Source of the DNA: Sulfurovum sp. TSL1 | Lineage (GTDB): Bacteria > Campylobacterota > Campylobacteria > Campylobacterales > Sulfurovaceae | DNA: 64,000 nt | NCBI RefSeq assembly: GCF_019972135.1 | Contig: NZ_BPFI01000001.1 | Location: 43,106-107,105, forward strand | Direction: 5' to 3' | In this document: piece by piece, positions 1 to 9,961 of the stretch | Numbering within the stretch: the stretch's first letter is position 1 | Layout of the letters: each line of letters begins with the position of its first letter | Position numbers and translations under genes: made by a program | Notes under the pieces: model-generated | What the model was told of the DNA's origin: nothing | Databases searched by the model: none | What the model saw: the letters and a program-made list of their open reading frames with translations, nothing else

Positions 1-37
1 CTAAAGCGATCACTGAACACTGTAAGGAAATGACAAA

Positions 38-1492
38 ATGATACTACTGAATTCTATTTTTTACGCACTTTTCATCGTAGCGATAGGCTACTATTTTATT
101 ACCAACCTGCAGTGGTACAGCTATAAGCTCAACCGTGTATTGTTCCATCATACGAAAACATGGTGGCACTTTGTTTATTTCCTGGTACCGTTCGCACTGT
201 ATGCGTTTGTGGATGGTATGGGGAATTACGGTTTTGTCGTGGTCATTGCCTATTTGGCACTGCTGTTCCGGTGGTATAGAGGACTGGACAAATCTTTGGT
301 GTTCACAGGAAGAGTGAAGCGTTTTTATACGGCGCTGATTCTTTTTGCGCTTTTCATCGCTGTAGTATTCAAACATTTTGCCGTGATCTTGCCGCTCTTT
401 TTGGCGTATTTTGTTTCCATGCTCATTGAAAAGATGCTTTTTAACGGATTTAAAGTGAAAGCACAGAGGAAGATAGAAGCGATGGAAGATCTTATCATCG
501 TGGGTATTACTGCCAGTTACGGGAAGACAAGCATCAAAAACTATGTGGAACATTTACTCCAAGCCAAATACAAAACCTATGCCACACCGCGTTCTGTCAA
601 CACACTTGGCGGTATCATGAAAGATATTAATGATGATCTTCCTGCCGATACTGAGGTCTATGTGGTTGAGATGGGTGCAAGGGGTGAAGGGGATATCGGT
701 GAGATCAGCACTTTTGTGAACCCTCATTATGTGGTAGTGGGCAAGATAGGCCCTGCACATATAGAATACTTTAAAACAATGGAAAATATCCGTAACACAA
801 AGATGGAGATACTCAAAACTGAGAGGCTCAAAAAGGCGTGGATACATGAAAGTGCCAGAGTCAAACCGGAGTCAAATGTACATACTTTCGGTACGAAAGA
901 GAACTTGGATATAAGAACCAAAGAGGCTGCTCCGGAGTATATCGTAGAAGATGTACAGGCAACATTGGACAGTACAAGCTTTACACTGGATGGCGTAAAA
1001 TACTCTGCAAGTATTCTGGGAGCATTCAATGCGATGAATTTGGCAGCGGCAGTACTTGTGGCCAAAGAACTGGGACTTAGTGATGCACAGATACAAGAAG
1101 GCCTTGCTACACTGAAAGCTGTGGATCATAGACTGCAGCGTATCGATGCCGGGGGGAAAGTGATCCTCGATGACAGTTTCAACGGAAACATCGACGGTAT
1201 GATGGCTTCCTTTGATCTGGCAAGTACCTACGAAGGGCGTAAAGTGGTGATCACCCCGGGGCTTGTGGAAGTGGATGATGATCTGAATGTACAAGTGGCG
1301 CAAAGAGCCAATGAAGTGTTTGATGTCGTAGTGGTGACAGGAGATTTGAACTATGCGATATTTAAAGCGTATGTAGAGTCTGACAAGTTAGTGAAACTTG
1401 CTACCAAGGGTGAGATGGAAGCGATGCTTGTAGAACAAACACGCCCGGGAGACCTGATACTCTTTGCAAATGATGCACCGAGTTTCGTCTAA
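38..1492 (+). CDS. murF: Mur ligase family protein, probable UDP-N-acetylmuramoyl-tripeptide--D-alanyl-D-alanine ligase (MurF) with ~150-aa hydrophobic N-terminal extension
   Basis: Mur-ligase P-loop GITASYGKTS. Central and C-terminal Mur ligase domains follow. The N-terminal ~150 aa reads as 4 predicted TM helices. Confidence 0.65.
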   Translation: MILLNSIFYALFIVAIGYYFITNLQWYSYKLNRVLFHHTKTWWHFVYFLVPFALYAFVDGMGNYGFVVVIAYLALLFRWYRGLDKSLVFTGRVKRFYTALILFALFIAVVFKHFAVILPLFLAYFVSMLIEKMLFNGFKVKAQRKIEAMEDLIIVGITASYGKTSIKNYVEHLLQAKYKTYATPRSVNTLGGIMKDINDDLPADTEVYVVEMGARGEGDIGEISTFVNPHYVVVGKIGPAHIEYFKTMENIRNTKMEILKTERLKKAWIHESARVKPESNVHTFGTKENLDIRTKEAAPEYIVEDVQATLDSTSFTLDGVKYSASILGAFNAMNLAAAVLVAKELGLSDAQIQEGLATLKAVDHRLQRIDAGGKVILDDSFNGNIDGMMASFDLASTYEGRKVVITPGLVEVDDDLNVQVAQRANEVFDVVVVTGDLNYAIFKAYVESDKLVKLATKGEMEAMLVEQTRPGDLILFANDAPSFV

Positions 1493-1496
1493 ACGA

Positions 1497-1928
1497 TCAG
1501 GAGCTCATCCATTTTAAAAAGAGTTCATGACTTGCGCTCTTTATAAGGATGCCTTCTACACCATTTTGCTTTGCTTTGGTGACAGTAAAACCTTCTTTTA
1601 CAGTCTTGTGTAATCGTGTGCGCACATAGCGGTGTATGGACTGTCTGCATTCACTGGGTGTTGTAGAAATGTTTGAAAAGATACGTGTATCAGTGCTTCT
1701 TTTTAATTCACCCGAGATAGGGTTGCATCCGTCAAAGCCGCCCAATTTCATGTGCTTTGCATCAAAATCCAAAATGGCTCTTGCTTGTCGTACCTCTTTA
1801 CCATCCATGGTACGTAGGTGCCAGTTTCCATTAAGGTCATCGAGGTCAAGCGTCTTTGTTTGGGCTGTGAGATAACTGGTACATAATGATACCAATAGTG
1901 TAGACATAAGTGTTTTCTTATAAACCAT
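1497..1928 (-). CDS. META/HslJ-like (DUF306) lipoprotein
   Basis: Signal peptide. Motif NGNWHL...DGKEV...FDGCNPISG is typical of META-domain heat-shock HslJ-like proteins. Confidence 0.55.
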   Translation of the reverse strand: MVYKKTLMSTLLVSLCTSYLTAQTKTLDLDDLNGNWHLRTMDGKEVRQARAILDFDAKHMKLGGFDGCNPISGELKRSTDTRIFSNISTTPSECRQSIHRYVRTRLHKTVKEGFTVTKAKQNGVEGILIKSASHELFLKWMSS

Positions 1929-1991
1929 TTATAACTCCCCATATTATATAGTATAATGGAATTTTACATTGAAATGATTAACGGAGTATGT

Positions 1992-2798
1992 ATGAGAACG
2001 ATTTTATATTTTATTTTAGTCTTATCGCTGGTGCAGTCGACACTTTTTGCTACAGAGATCAAGCTCACAGAGAAACAGGCCAATTATATCGCCCAAAAAG
2101 TATGGCAGAATGAAGGTGCAGGGCTTGACAAGTATCTGGTGCATTGGAATGAGGGTGAAGCGTTTGCCTCTGTAGGGATAGGACACTTTATCTGGTTCTC
2201 TAAAGGGCATACAGAACGTTTCAGAGAGGTTTTCCCTATGGTACTGTCCTTTATGGAAGAGAGGGGTGTGGAGATGCCTGATTGGCTTGATTCCAAAACA
2301 CCCCTGCCGTGGGATACCAAAGAAGCATTTTACGAGGCTAAAAGGTCACAGAGTCAAACGTATGTAGAGTTGTTCACGTTCTTGAAACATACCATGCCGG
2401 AACAGGCAGCGTTTATGGCACATCGTTTAAGTGAAGCACTGCCCCAAATGCTGGAGACCATAGAAAACCCTGAAAAGAAAGAACGTATCAAAGAACGGTT
2501 TAATGAGGTGATGCACAATGAAGACGGCTCGGTCAACGAAAGAGGACTCTATGTCCTTTTGGACTATACCAACTTCAAAGGTGAAGGGACACTCAAGAGT
2601 GAACGTTACAAGGGTGAGGGATGGGGACTCCTTCAGGTGCTTGAACATATGGACCCGGATGAACCGAACAGATTGAAAGCGTTTGCCGAGTCCGCCAAAG
2701 CCATGTTAAGCAGACGTATCAAAAACTCTCCTCCTGCACGCGGTGAAGAGCGCTGGCGAAAAGGGTGGAATGTACGGCTGGATACCTATTGGAAATAG
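1992..2798 (+). CDS. Secreted hypothetical protein
   Basis: ORF with GGAG SD 6 nt upstream of ATG at 1992. N-terminal signal peptide (MRTILYFILVLSLVQSTLFA). No recognisable catalytic motif. Confidence 0.4.
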   Translation: MRTILYFILVLSLVQSTLFATEIKLTEKQANYIAQKVWQNEGAGLDKYLVHWNEGEAFASVGIGHFIWFSKGHTERFREVFPMVLSFMEERGVEMPDWLDSKTPLPWDTKEAFYEAKRSQSQTYVELFTFLKHTMPEQAAFMAHRLSEALPQMLETIENPEKKERIKERFNEVMHNEDGSVNERGLYVLLDYTNFKGEGTLKSERYKGEGWGLLQVLEHMDPDEPNRLKAFAESAKAMLSRRIKNSPPARGEERWRKGWNVRLDTYWK

Positions 2799-2799
2799 T

Positions 2800-3744
2800 T
2801 TAGAGTTCGATGGTATGCTTTTTGAATTTGTGCAGTTTTTTTTGGGCTTTATGCAGTAACTTCTTTTGCTTCTTTGATGTTTTACCCAGGAGTCTCTTTT
2901 CAAGTTCCCGGCTGTGCGCTATACTTTTCTTCTTAGAGTTAAAGTAATCATGTAGCAGTTTGTTCTGATTCACCATATCATTGAAATCTCCAAGTATGGT
3001 TTGCAGTTTTTTACCCTTTTCGATCATCTTTTCGATCTTTTTCTCACCAAAGATATGTTGGAACTCTTCAAGGAGATAACGAAATTTTTTGAGTGATATC
3101 CTGATCTTATGCAGTTTTTTCTCACTAAAGTTCTTTTCCAAATCATCGATTCTTTGTATGATCTTCAGGTGTAGATCTTTGATCACCTTTTTTGCGGTTT
3201 TTTTTATGGTACCGATCTCATTCTCAGAAGTACGAAGGGTTTCACTCTGCAGAGCATCTTGGTACTTATGAACAAAATCTTCAAACATTTTTCCTCTCAA
3301 GATCTCTTCTATGATATGCTGTTCATGCGTTTGCTGTGCTTTAATGTCTTCTTGAATGACATCATGGTTTGTATCTACTTCTTTTAAACGTTCTTTGATG
3401 ACATCAAGATCACGTTTTCGGTTCGTCTGTGTTGCAAGATCACTTAGGTTTTGATAGAAGTATGCAAGTTGGTCTTGGGGAAATAGAAAGCTGAATTCTT
3501 TTAAAAAAGCTCTGGATTTTCTGATATTGACTCTCAGCTGATGCAGGTCTTCTTCCTCATCATGTAAGAGGATACGTTCTTTATAAAAGAGTATAGAGAG
3601 AAGAAATTTGTATAGGATGAGACGGAGTGCATCAATGGGAGATAGATTAGGAATAAAATAAGCATCAAGTTCATTCATGTTTTTTGTCTCAAGTGTTTTA
3701 AAGACGGAATCATCAAGCAGATGCTTGGTTTCTCTTGCTTTCAT
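2800..3744 (-). CDS. CHAD domain-containing protein
   Basis: All-helical K/E-rich protein with repeated CHAD-like motifs (LHQLRVNIRKSRAFLKEF; LHKIRISLKKFRYLLEEF). Confidence 0.45.
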   Translation of the reverse strand: MKARETKHLLDDSVFKTLETKNMNELDAYFIPNLSPIDALRLILYKFLLSILFYKERILLHDEEEDLHQLRVNIRKSRAFLKEFSFLFPQDQLAYFYQNLSDLATQTNRKRDLDVIKERLKEVDTNHDVIQEDIKAQQTHEQHIIEEILRGKMFEDFVHKYQDALQSETLRTSENEIGTIKKTAKKVIKDLHLKIIQRIDDLEKNFSEKKLHKIRISLKKFRYLLEEFQHIFGEKKIEKMIEKGKKLQTILGDFNDMVNQNKLLHDYFNSKKKSIAHSRELEKRLLGKTSKKQKKLLHKAQKKLHKFKKHTIEL

Positions 3745-3764
3745 GTGTTTTCCTGAGTAAGCTT

Positions 3765-4028
3765 TTATGGTTTTAATTTAAATACAGAAGGGTCTTCAAA
3801 CCCTATAAATATATTATAACTGGGCCCATGCTCTCCGGAGATCTGATATTCATGTTTACAATCCATGCCGAGGTTGTTTGCATAGGATGCTATAAGGTCA
3901 ACGACCTCTTTTTTTTTCGTAATGAATTTAATCACTTTGTCACCCTCATATCCTAAGAAACTCTCAATATAATCGATATCCAGTTCGATTGCGTACTTAA
4001 TCATGCTCTTCATATTTGGCTGTAACAT
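3765..4028 (-). CDS. Small hypothetical protein
   Basis: 87-aa ORF directly downstream of the CHAD gene on the same strand. No recognisable motif. Confidence 0.3.
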   Translation of the reverse strand: MLQPNMKSMIKYAIELDIDYIESFLGYEGDKVIKFITKKKEVVDLIASYANNLGMDCKHEYQISGEHGPSYNIFIGFEDPSVFKLKP

Positions 4029-4173
4029 AGCAATCCTTTTTGATCAATTGTATCATAATTTATCAGAGATACATTTTACTTTAGGGAGCGGACGAGAGAG
4101 ATATATGATGTCAAGCAACCCCTCATCACAAAAAAGATAAAATTTAAAAAAATATTCAAAAGAGACACTTTAT

Positions 4174-6066
4174 ATGTACCTTCAATCTTCCTACTATCTG
4201 GATCGTATCTCTAAATATGCAGGATCTAGTGCAGCATTCCTGGTGATTCTTCTTTCTTTGCTGGTAGCTTACGATGCAGCGATGCGTTACCTCTTTTCAG
4301 AAGGTTCGATAGCGCTTCAGGAGGTAGAATGGCATCTTTTTGATATGATATTCCTACTGGGGTTGACGTATGCGCTCAAACATGACAAACATGTCAGAGT
4401 GGACATTTTTTTTGAGCGTTATTCCAAAGAGAGCAGGGATATTGTACAGATACTTTCCATGCTCTTTCTGGTGATCCCTTTTTCTCTGGTTTTTTTGTCT
4501 GATGCTGTGGAGATGCTGATACAGAGCTATCTCCAGCATGAGATATCCAGTGACCCTGGCGGGTTGACACATCGTTACCTGATCAAAGGGGTCTTGGTGC
4601 TCTCTTTTATACTGCTTATACTGCAGGCACTCAGTGAAGTACTGAAAGCCTTTGGCAGACTGGAGAGTAAAAAAACATTCCTGCGTATTTTAGGGATCGT
4701 TATGCTACTTGGCGGACTTGTCTATGCCGCGGATCACTATGATATGGCCTATTGGGTTGACCCTATAGTGTTAATGTTCGCTTTGACACTGTTCTTGCTC
4801 ATGGCTGGTTTTCAGGTCGCTTTTGTATTTGCCGGGGTGGCACTGCTTTTTGCTACGATCTCCAATGAAGTAGGGTTGGGCGTACTTGAGATGCTGCCTT
4901 ACAGAACCTACGGCATCATGGGTAATGCGACATTGATGGCTGTGCCGCTTTTCATCTTTATGGGATTGATACTGGAAAGATCCAAGATGGCAGAAGGCCT
5001 GTTACTCTCTATGGGTAAACTTTTTGGCTCGATCAGAGGCGGTTTGGCTATCTCTGTAGTGTTGGTGGGAGCGATACTCGCTGCCAGTACAGGGATCGTC
5101 GGTGCATCTGTGGTCATGATGAGTCTCATCGCACTTCCTTTGATGCTTAAACATCACTACTCTCCGGCATTGGCTTCCGGATCCATTGCTGCGAGCGGTA
5201 CACTTGGACAGCTTATCCCCCCATCTATCATTCTCATCATTCTGGGTGATCAGATGCATTTGTCTGTGGGTGACCTGTTCCGTGCAGCTGTAGTGCCGGG
5301 GCTTTTACTGATCGGTCTGTATATCCTCTATATCCTTTTCATCTCATACCTGAACAAAGAGATCGCACCGGCGATTGTCTTAGAGGAAGCATATGGTGAA
5401 GTGTGTAGAGAAGCATTTAAAGAGATCATCCCTCCTCTATTGCTCATAGGTGTCGTGCTGGGTTCCATCTTCACCGGTATTGCATCCCCTTCCGAATCGG
5501 CTGCTATAGGTGTTTTAGGTGCAATCCTTCTGGCGTGGGGTAAAAAGAACTTCTCGTATGAAACACTTCGCTATACAGCGATAGAGACGGTCAAACTCAC
5601 CGCGATGATCTTCATGATACTCATCGGAGCCACAGCTTTTTCACTGGTCTTTAACGAACTGGGCGGCGGAGATATGGCGATGGCATTTTTTTCATCTGAT
5701 GGGGTATTGGGAGACATGGATGATACATGGATGTTCATTCTTATTGCCATGCTGGTTATTTTCCTACTGGGATTCTTTATCGATTTCATTGAGATCGCTT
5801 TTGTGGTGGTACCTATTTTGGTACCTATCGTGGCATCTTTGGGTATAGACCCTGTGTGGTTTGCCATACTCATAGCGATGAACCTGCAGGCATCGTTTCT
5901 GACACCTCCATTTGGGTTTGCACTTTTTTACCTTAAGGGTGCTGCTGGTAACAAAGTAAGTACCGGAGCCATATACAAGGGTGTCATACCGTTTATAGGA
6001 TTACAGCTTTTGGCACTGCTGATCATCATCTTGTATCCCGATCTGATCTATCTGTTCGGGAAGTAG
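4174..6066 (+). CDS. TRAP transporter fused permease (DctQ-DctM fusion)
   Basis: 630-aa polytopic membrane protein. N-terminal small-permease-like 4-TM region followed by a DctM-like 12-TM region. Confidence 0.8.
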   Translation: MYLQSSYYLDRISKYAGSSAAFLVILLSLLVAYDAAMRYLFSEGSIALQEVEWHLFDMIFLLGLTYALKHDKHVRVDIFFERYSKESRDIVQILSMLFLVIPFSLVFLSDAVEMLIQSYLQHEISSDPGGLTHRYLIKGVLVLSFILLILQALSEVLKAFGRLESKKTFLRILGIVMLLGGLVYAADHYDMAYWVDPIVLMFALTLFLLMAGFQVAFVFAGVALLFATISNEVGLGVLEMLPYRTYGIMGNATLMAVPLFIFMGLILERSKMAEGLLLSMGKLFGSIRGGLAISVVLVGAILAASTGIVGASVVMMSLIALPLMLKHHYSPALASGSIAASGTLGQLIPPSIILIILGDQMHLSVGDLFRAAVVPGLLLIGLYILYILFISYLNKEIAPAIVLEEAYGEVCREAFKEIIPPLLLIGVVLGSIFTGIASPSESAAIGVLGAILLAWGKKNFSYETLRYTAIETVKLTAMIFMILIGATAFSLVFNELGGGDMAMAFFSSDGVLGDMDDTWMFILIAMLVIFLLGFFIDFIEIAFVVVPILVPIVASLGIDPVWFAILIAMNLQASFLTPPFGFALFYLKGAAGNKVSTGAIYKGVIPFIGLQLLALLIIILYPDLIYLFGK

Positions 6067-6078
6067 ATCTGTGGGTGA

Positions 6079-6108
6079 AAATACAATATTTGGTGAAATA
6101 TTGTATTT
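6079..6108. terminator. Perfect 13-bp inverted repeat (AAATACAATATTT / AAATATTGTATTT, 4-nt loop) between convergent genes; candidate bidirectional terminator
   Basis: Seen directly in sequence between the TRAP permease stop (6066) and the corA stop (6113). AT-rich stem, no classic U-tract. Confidence 0.3.
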
Positions 6109-6112
6109 AGGG

Positions 6113-7180
6113 CTAGAGCCATTTTTTCTTTTTAAAGTATACCAGTGATACAACAGTAATAGTAATGAATACTATCCATAATGTAGGATAGGCCCAGTGC
6201 CATTTGAGTTCGGGCATATATTCAAAATTCATTCCATAGATGCCCGCAAGGAAAGTCAAAGGAATGAAAATGGAGGCAAATACAGTCAGTACCTTCATGA
6301 CTTCATTCATTTTATTACTAACGCTGGATATGTAAATGTCTAATAATCCCGAAAGTATATCCCTGTAGGATTCGATGGATTCTGTGATACGAATGGCATG
6401 GTCAGATACATCTCTGAGGTATATATGTGTTTTTTCCTGTATCAGATCACTATCACTGCGGAGCATACTTGCCATCACCTCTCTCAAAGGAGATGTGTTT
6501 TTTCTTATATGAATGATCTCTCTTTTAATTTTCTGTATCATGTTGAGTGTATTGATGGTTGATTCGGAATTCAATAGATCATCTTCAATGGACGTAATGA
6601 CATCATCTAGATCATCGATTAAAATAAAATTCTGGTCAACAATGGTATCTAAAATGGCATAGGCAAGATAATCAGACTGTGCATCTCTGAAACGGCTTTT
6701 AGTAGTTTTAATACGTTGTATGACAGGTTGAAAGATATCATCTATTTTCTCTTTAAAGATGAAAACAAAATTTTTGAGGATCAATAGACTTATTTGTTCA
6801 TAATTGACAGTAAACTCCTCATCCTCTGACAATAGGCATTTGAGCACAATATACAGGTAATTATCATATTCTTCAAACTTAGGCCTTTGATGTGTGTTTA
6901 AAACATCTTCCAGAACGAGTTGGTGTATGTCAAACATGCTTCCGATCTTTTCAACAATATCTACATTTGACAGTCCTTCAATGATGACCAAAGTCATCGT
7001 ATCACTCTCTTTATATTTCAGAATTTCATCGACAGATTCAATGTGTTTCTCTTCCACCTCCTCTTTACTGTAATCAACGATCGTCATTTTGGTTTCTATA
7101 GTGTGAACATTACCGACATGAATAAGTGAACCAGGAGGCAGACCTAACTTTTCTGATGCATAGTTTAAAGACTCATACAT
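6113..7180 (-). CDS. corA: Magnesium/cobalt transporter CorA
   Basis: YGMNFEYMPEL (GMN signature) followed by two C-terminal TM helices. ~355 aa, typical length. Confidence 0.85.
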   Translation of the reverse strand: MYESLNYASEKLGLPPGSLIHVGNVHTIETKMTIVDYSKEEVEEKHIESVDEILKYKESDTMTLVIIEGLSNVDIVEKIGSMFDIHQLVLEDVLNTHQRPKFEEYDNYLYIVLKCLLSEDEEFTVNYEQISLLILKNFVFIFKEKIDDIFQPVIQRIKTTKSRFRDAQSDYLAYAILDTIVDQNFILIDDLDDVITSIEDDLLNSESTINTLNMIQKIKREIIHIRKNTSPLREVMASMLRSDSDLIQEKTHIYLRDVSDHAIRITESIESYRDILSGLLDIYISSVSNKMNEVMKVLTVFASIFIPLTFLAGIYGMNFEYMPELKWHWAYPTLWIVFITITVVSLVYFKKKKWL

Positions 7181-7365
7181 TGATTCCTACTTTCAAAAGA
7201 GATTTTAATGCTTTTACGGCCGTTATGATATATTTTACTTGGATTACTCTTAAGTGGAACTATGAAAGTGTCAGTAGTTATGGTTTTATATTTTGAATAG
7301 AAATCGATTTCGGTCATAAGTGATTTATGGGTATGATAATCGTGTAATAAATGAGAAGGGTTAAT

Positions 7366-8334
7366 ATGACACCTAGGGAATCGATTAAAATACTGGAAGA
7401 TAGAATGAATGCGGCTGTGCTGGGACAGGAGCATATTGTTTCAAGACTGATCATGGGCCTGCTTGCTGATGGCAATATACTTGTAGAAGGATTGCCGGGA
7501 CTGGCAAAGACCAGAGCTGTACGTGCGATGGCAGATGCAATAGAAGGTAAATTTTCACGCATTCAGTTCACGCCTGACCTTCTTCCCTCTGATGTGATAG
7601 GTACCCAACTGTTACAGGAAGAGAATGGCAAACAGACATTCCATTTTCATCCGGGGCCAATCTTTGGAAACATCATCTTGGCAGATGAGATCAACCGTGC
7701 ACCGGCCAAAATCCAATCGGCCATGCTTGAAGCAATGGAAGAACGACAGGTGACCGTGGCAGGAAAAACCTATAAACTGCCTGAACTTTTTATCGTGATG
7801 GCCACACAGAATCCTTTGGAGCAGGAGGGAACCTTCCCTTTATCCGAAGCACAGAAAGACCGTTTTTTCATGCATGTGAAGATCGATTATGCGAAGATGG
7901 ATGCAGAGTTTGAAATGATCAAAATGATACAAGAAGAGCGGTTTAACGCCCCTGCACCCCATGCAAAGATCTCTCAGGAGATGATCTTTGCTGCACGCCG
8001 TGAGGTGGCACAGGTGAAATTTAGTGATGCGCTTGGGCATTATATGGTAGAGTTGGTCTTTGCAACACGTTATCCGCTCAGGTACAGTAAACAACTCGAA
8101 GTGATGATCGATGTGGGGGTAAGCCCGCGTGCGACGTTGGCACTGACACAGTGCGCGCAGGCCAATGCATGGATGTATGGCAGAGATGAAATGACAGTCC
8201 AAGATGTAAAAGCTGTCATCCATGATGTCTTTCATCATCGTCTGGTCATCAGTGAACATGCCCTTCAGAATAAACGAACGCCAGAAGGGATCATAGATAT
8301 TATCTTAGAACAGGTTCCGTTCCCAACGCGTTAG
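7366..8334 (+). CDS. MoxR-family AAA+ ATPase
   Basis: LVEGLPGLAKTRAVRAMA Walker A, ILADEINRAP Walker B, MoxR-like C-terminal region. SD GAAGGG 6 nt before ATG at 7366. Confidence 0.8.
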   Translation: MTPRESIKILEDRMNAAVLGQEHIVSRLIMGLLADGNILVEGLPGLAKTRAVRAMADAIEGKFSRIQFTPDLLPSDVIGTQLLQEENGKQTFHFHPGPIFGNIILADEINRAPAKIQSAMLEAMEERQVTVAGKTYKLPELFIVMATQNPLEQEGTFPLSEAQKDRFFMHVKIDYAKMDAEFEMIKMIQEERFNAPAPHAKISQEMIFAARREVAQVKFSDALGHYMVELVFATRYPLRYSKQLEVMIDVGVSPRATLALTQCAQANAWMYGRDEMTVQDVKAVIHDVFHHRLVISEHALQNKRTPEGIIDIILEQVPFPTR

Positions 8335-8405
8335 GTAAAGAGCCGACTGAAAAACGACCCTCTGCCTGCGGGTACCCATGCTTTCTTTGGTCAGAGACAA
8401 ATATC

Positions 8406-8795
8406 TTATCCTGCTCTTGGTTTCCAACGGTTGGGTAGCAGTTCGTCCAGGGTCATATAGTCCTTTTCTGAGAGATAGACTTTGGTATGGATATTCTTTG
8501 CATCGACCTGAAATAACAATTCTCTGCATCGTCCACATGGCGGTCTGATAGAGTCTGAACTTACAGCAACGATCATTTCGATCTGTGTCTCTCTGTGCTT
8601 CAGCATTTCTGCAATCGCCGAGTGTTCGGCACAAAACCCGATGCCACAGGCTATATCAATATTAATACCTGTGTAGATATTCCCCTGGCTTGTCAACAGT
8701 GCAGCAGCAACGGATCCTGCAGAATAATGCTCGCTACTTAGTGTATATTCACCGAGTATTTTGTGCGCTTCTTCAATCAATTTTCTTACGCTCAC
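8406..8795 (-). CDS. cdd: Cytidine deaminase
   Basis: CAEHSAI...PCGRCRELL zinc-binding motifs of homotetrameric cytidine deaminase. 129 aa. Confidence 0.8.
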   Translation of the reverse strand: MSVRKLIEEAHKILGEYTLSSEHYSAGSVAAALLTSQGNIYTGINIDIACGIGFCAEHSAIAEMLKHRETQIEMIVAVSSDSIRPPCGRCRELLFQVDAKNIHTKVYLSEKDYMTLDELLPNRWKPRAG

Positions 8796-8896
8796 ACCAT
8801 CCCTTTGTCTGTGTAGTTTTTATTTTGTCAGTATATCCAAATATTCGTACGATTTGAAAAAAGAAGAAAATAGAGTTCTTACAGTAAAATACAAAC

Positions 8897-9115
8897 ATGG
8901 AAAAAGATATAAAAATAGAACTTAAACATACTACGGTGGAAAATCTCAAAAGTTTTTCAGAGATACTGGGAAAAGACATCAACACCATGCTTGAAGAGGC
9001 ATTGGAAGAGTACTTTGAGTCTCAGCAGCAGAAGCTTATGGAGAAAAACCTCTTTGATGAGAATGCTATGACGAACCTGGACTTCGATGAATTCTGGGAT
9101 GACCTGGACATTTAG
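8897..9115 (+). CDS. Small acidic hypothetical protein
   Basis: 72-aa ORF ending 1 nt before the start of the fructosamine-kinase gene. Probably co-transcribed. Confidence 0.35.
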   Translation: MEKDIKIELKHTTVENLKSFSEILGKDINTMLEEALEEYFESQQQKLMEKNLFDENAMTNLDFDEFWDDLDI

Positions 9116-9961
9116 GTGAAAGAAGCACTCAGTAAAGCTTTAGGCCAGGATGTGAAACGTTTGGACCTGCTGCAGCAAGGTCAGATCGGAAGCATATACA
9201 TCGCCAGTGTAGTAGATCAAAGGTATGTAGTCAAGCATTCTGAAGAGACAGAAAAGCTGGCCATAGAAGCGCGTATGCTTGAGGATCTCTATGAAGCTAA
9301 GATCCGTGTACCTCGTGTGATCATCTCCAAAGGACCTTTTTTAGTACTTGAACAGATTGAAACCATTGCTCAGGACAAATCTGCTCAGGAGGTAGAAGCT
9401 GCAAAGCTTTTAAGCAGACTGCACTCTGTCACCAATGAAAATCGTATGTATGGCTACTATTACGACACGACCATCGGCCCGTTTACCCAAAAAAATGAGC
9501 AAACCCAATACAATTGGACACTTTTCCTGGGACAGATGCGTATCATGCCCATGGCACGACACTGTTATGATATGGGGAAATTACCAAAACAGGTGGTCGA
9601 CCGACTGGAAGCATTGTGTCGTGACCTCTACAAGCGGATCGATATACGTACCATTTCCCCTTCATTGCTGCATGGAGATGTCTGGAGCGGGAATGTGCTA
9701 TTTGAAAGAGAGGGGGCTTGTCTGATAGACCCTGCTATCTACTATGGGGACAAAGAGATGGAACTGGCTTTCATACTGCTTTTTGGTACCTTTGGAGAGA
9801 CGTTTTTTAATACCTATCGGGAACACCATCCTCTCAGCGATGATTTTTATGAAAGCAAGGTACCGCTTTATCAGATCTATCCGATTTTGGTGCATGTGGC
9901 ATTGTATGGCGGCAGCTATCTAGCAGAACTTGAAGGCATACTCAAAAGGTTGAAGATATGA
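9116..9961 (+). CDS. Fructosamine/ketosamine kinase family protein (phosphotransferase enzyme family)
   Basis: LHGDVWSGNVLF and DPAIYYGDKEMELA motifs of the fructosamine-3-kinase/APH-like fold. Confidence 0.7.
   Translation: MKEALSKALGQDVKRLDLLQQGQIGSIYIASVVDQRYVVKHSEETEKLAIEARMLEDLYEAKIRVPRVIISKGPFLVLEQIETIAQDKSAQEVEAAKLLSRLHSVTNENRMYGYYYDTTIGPFTQKNEQTQYNWTLFLGQMRIMPMARHCYDMGKLPKQVVDRLEALCRDLYKRIDIRTISPSLLHGDVWSGNVLFEREGACLIDPAIYYGDKEMELAFILLFGTFGETFFNTYREHHPLSDDFYESKVPLYQIYPILVHVALYGGSYLAELEGILKRLKI

Noticed and set aside
7165-7562. 89-aa and 82-aa minus-strand ORFs in the corA-moxR intergenic/5' region
   Set aside because: Low-complexity translations overlapping the moxR start region. 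More parsimonious as promoter/5' UTR sequence for the divergently arranged corA and moxR.
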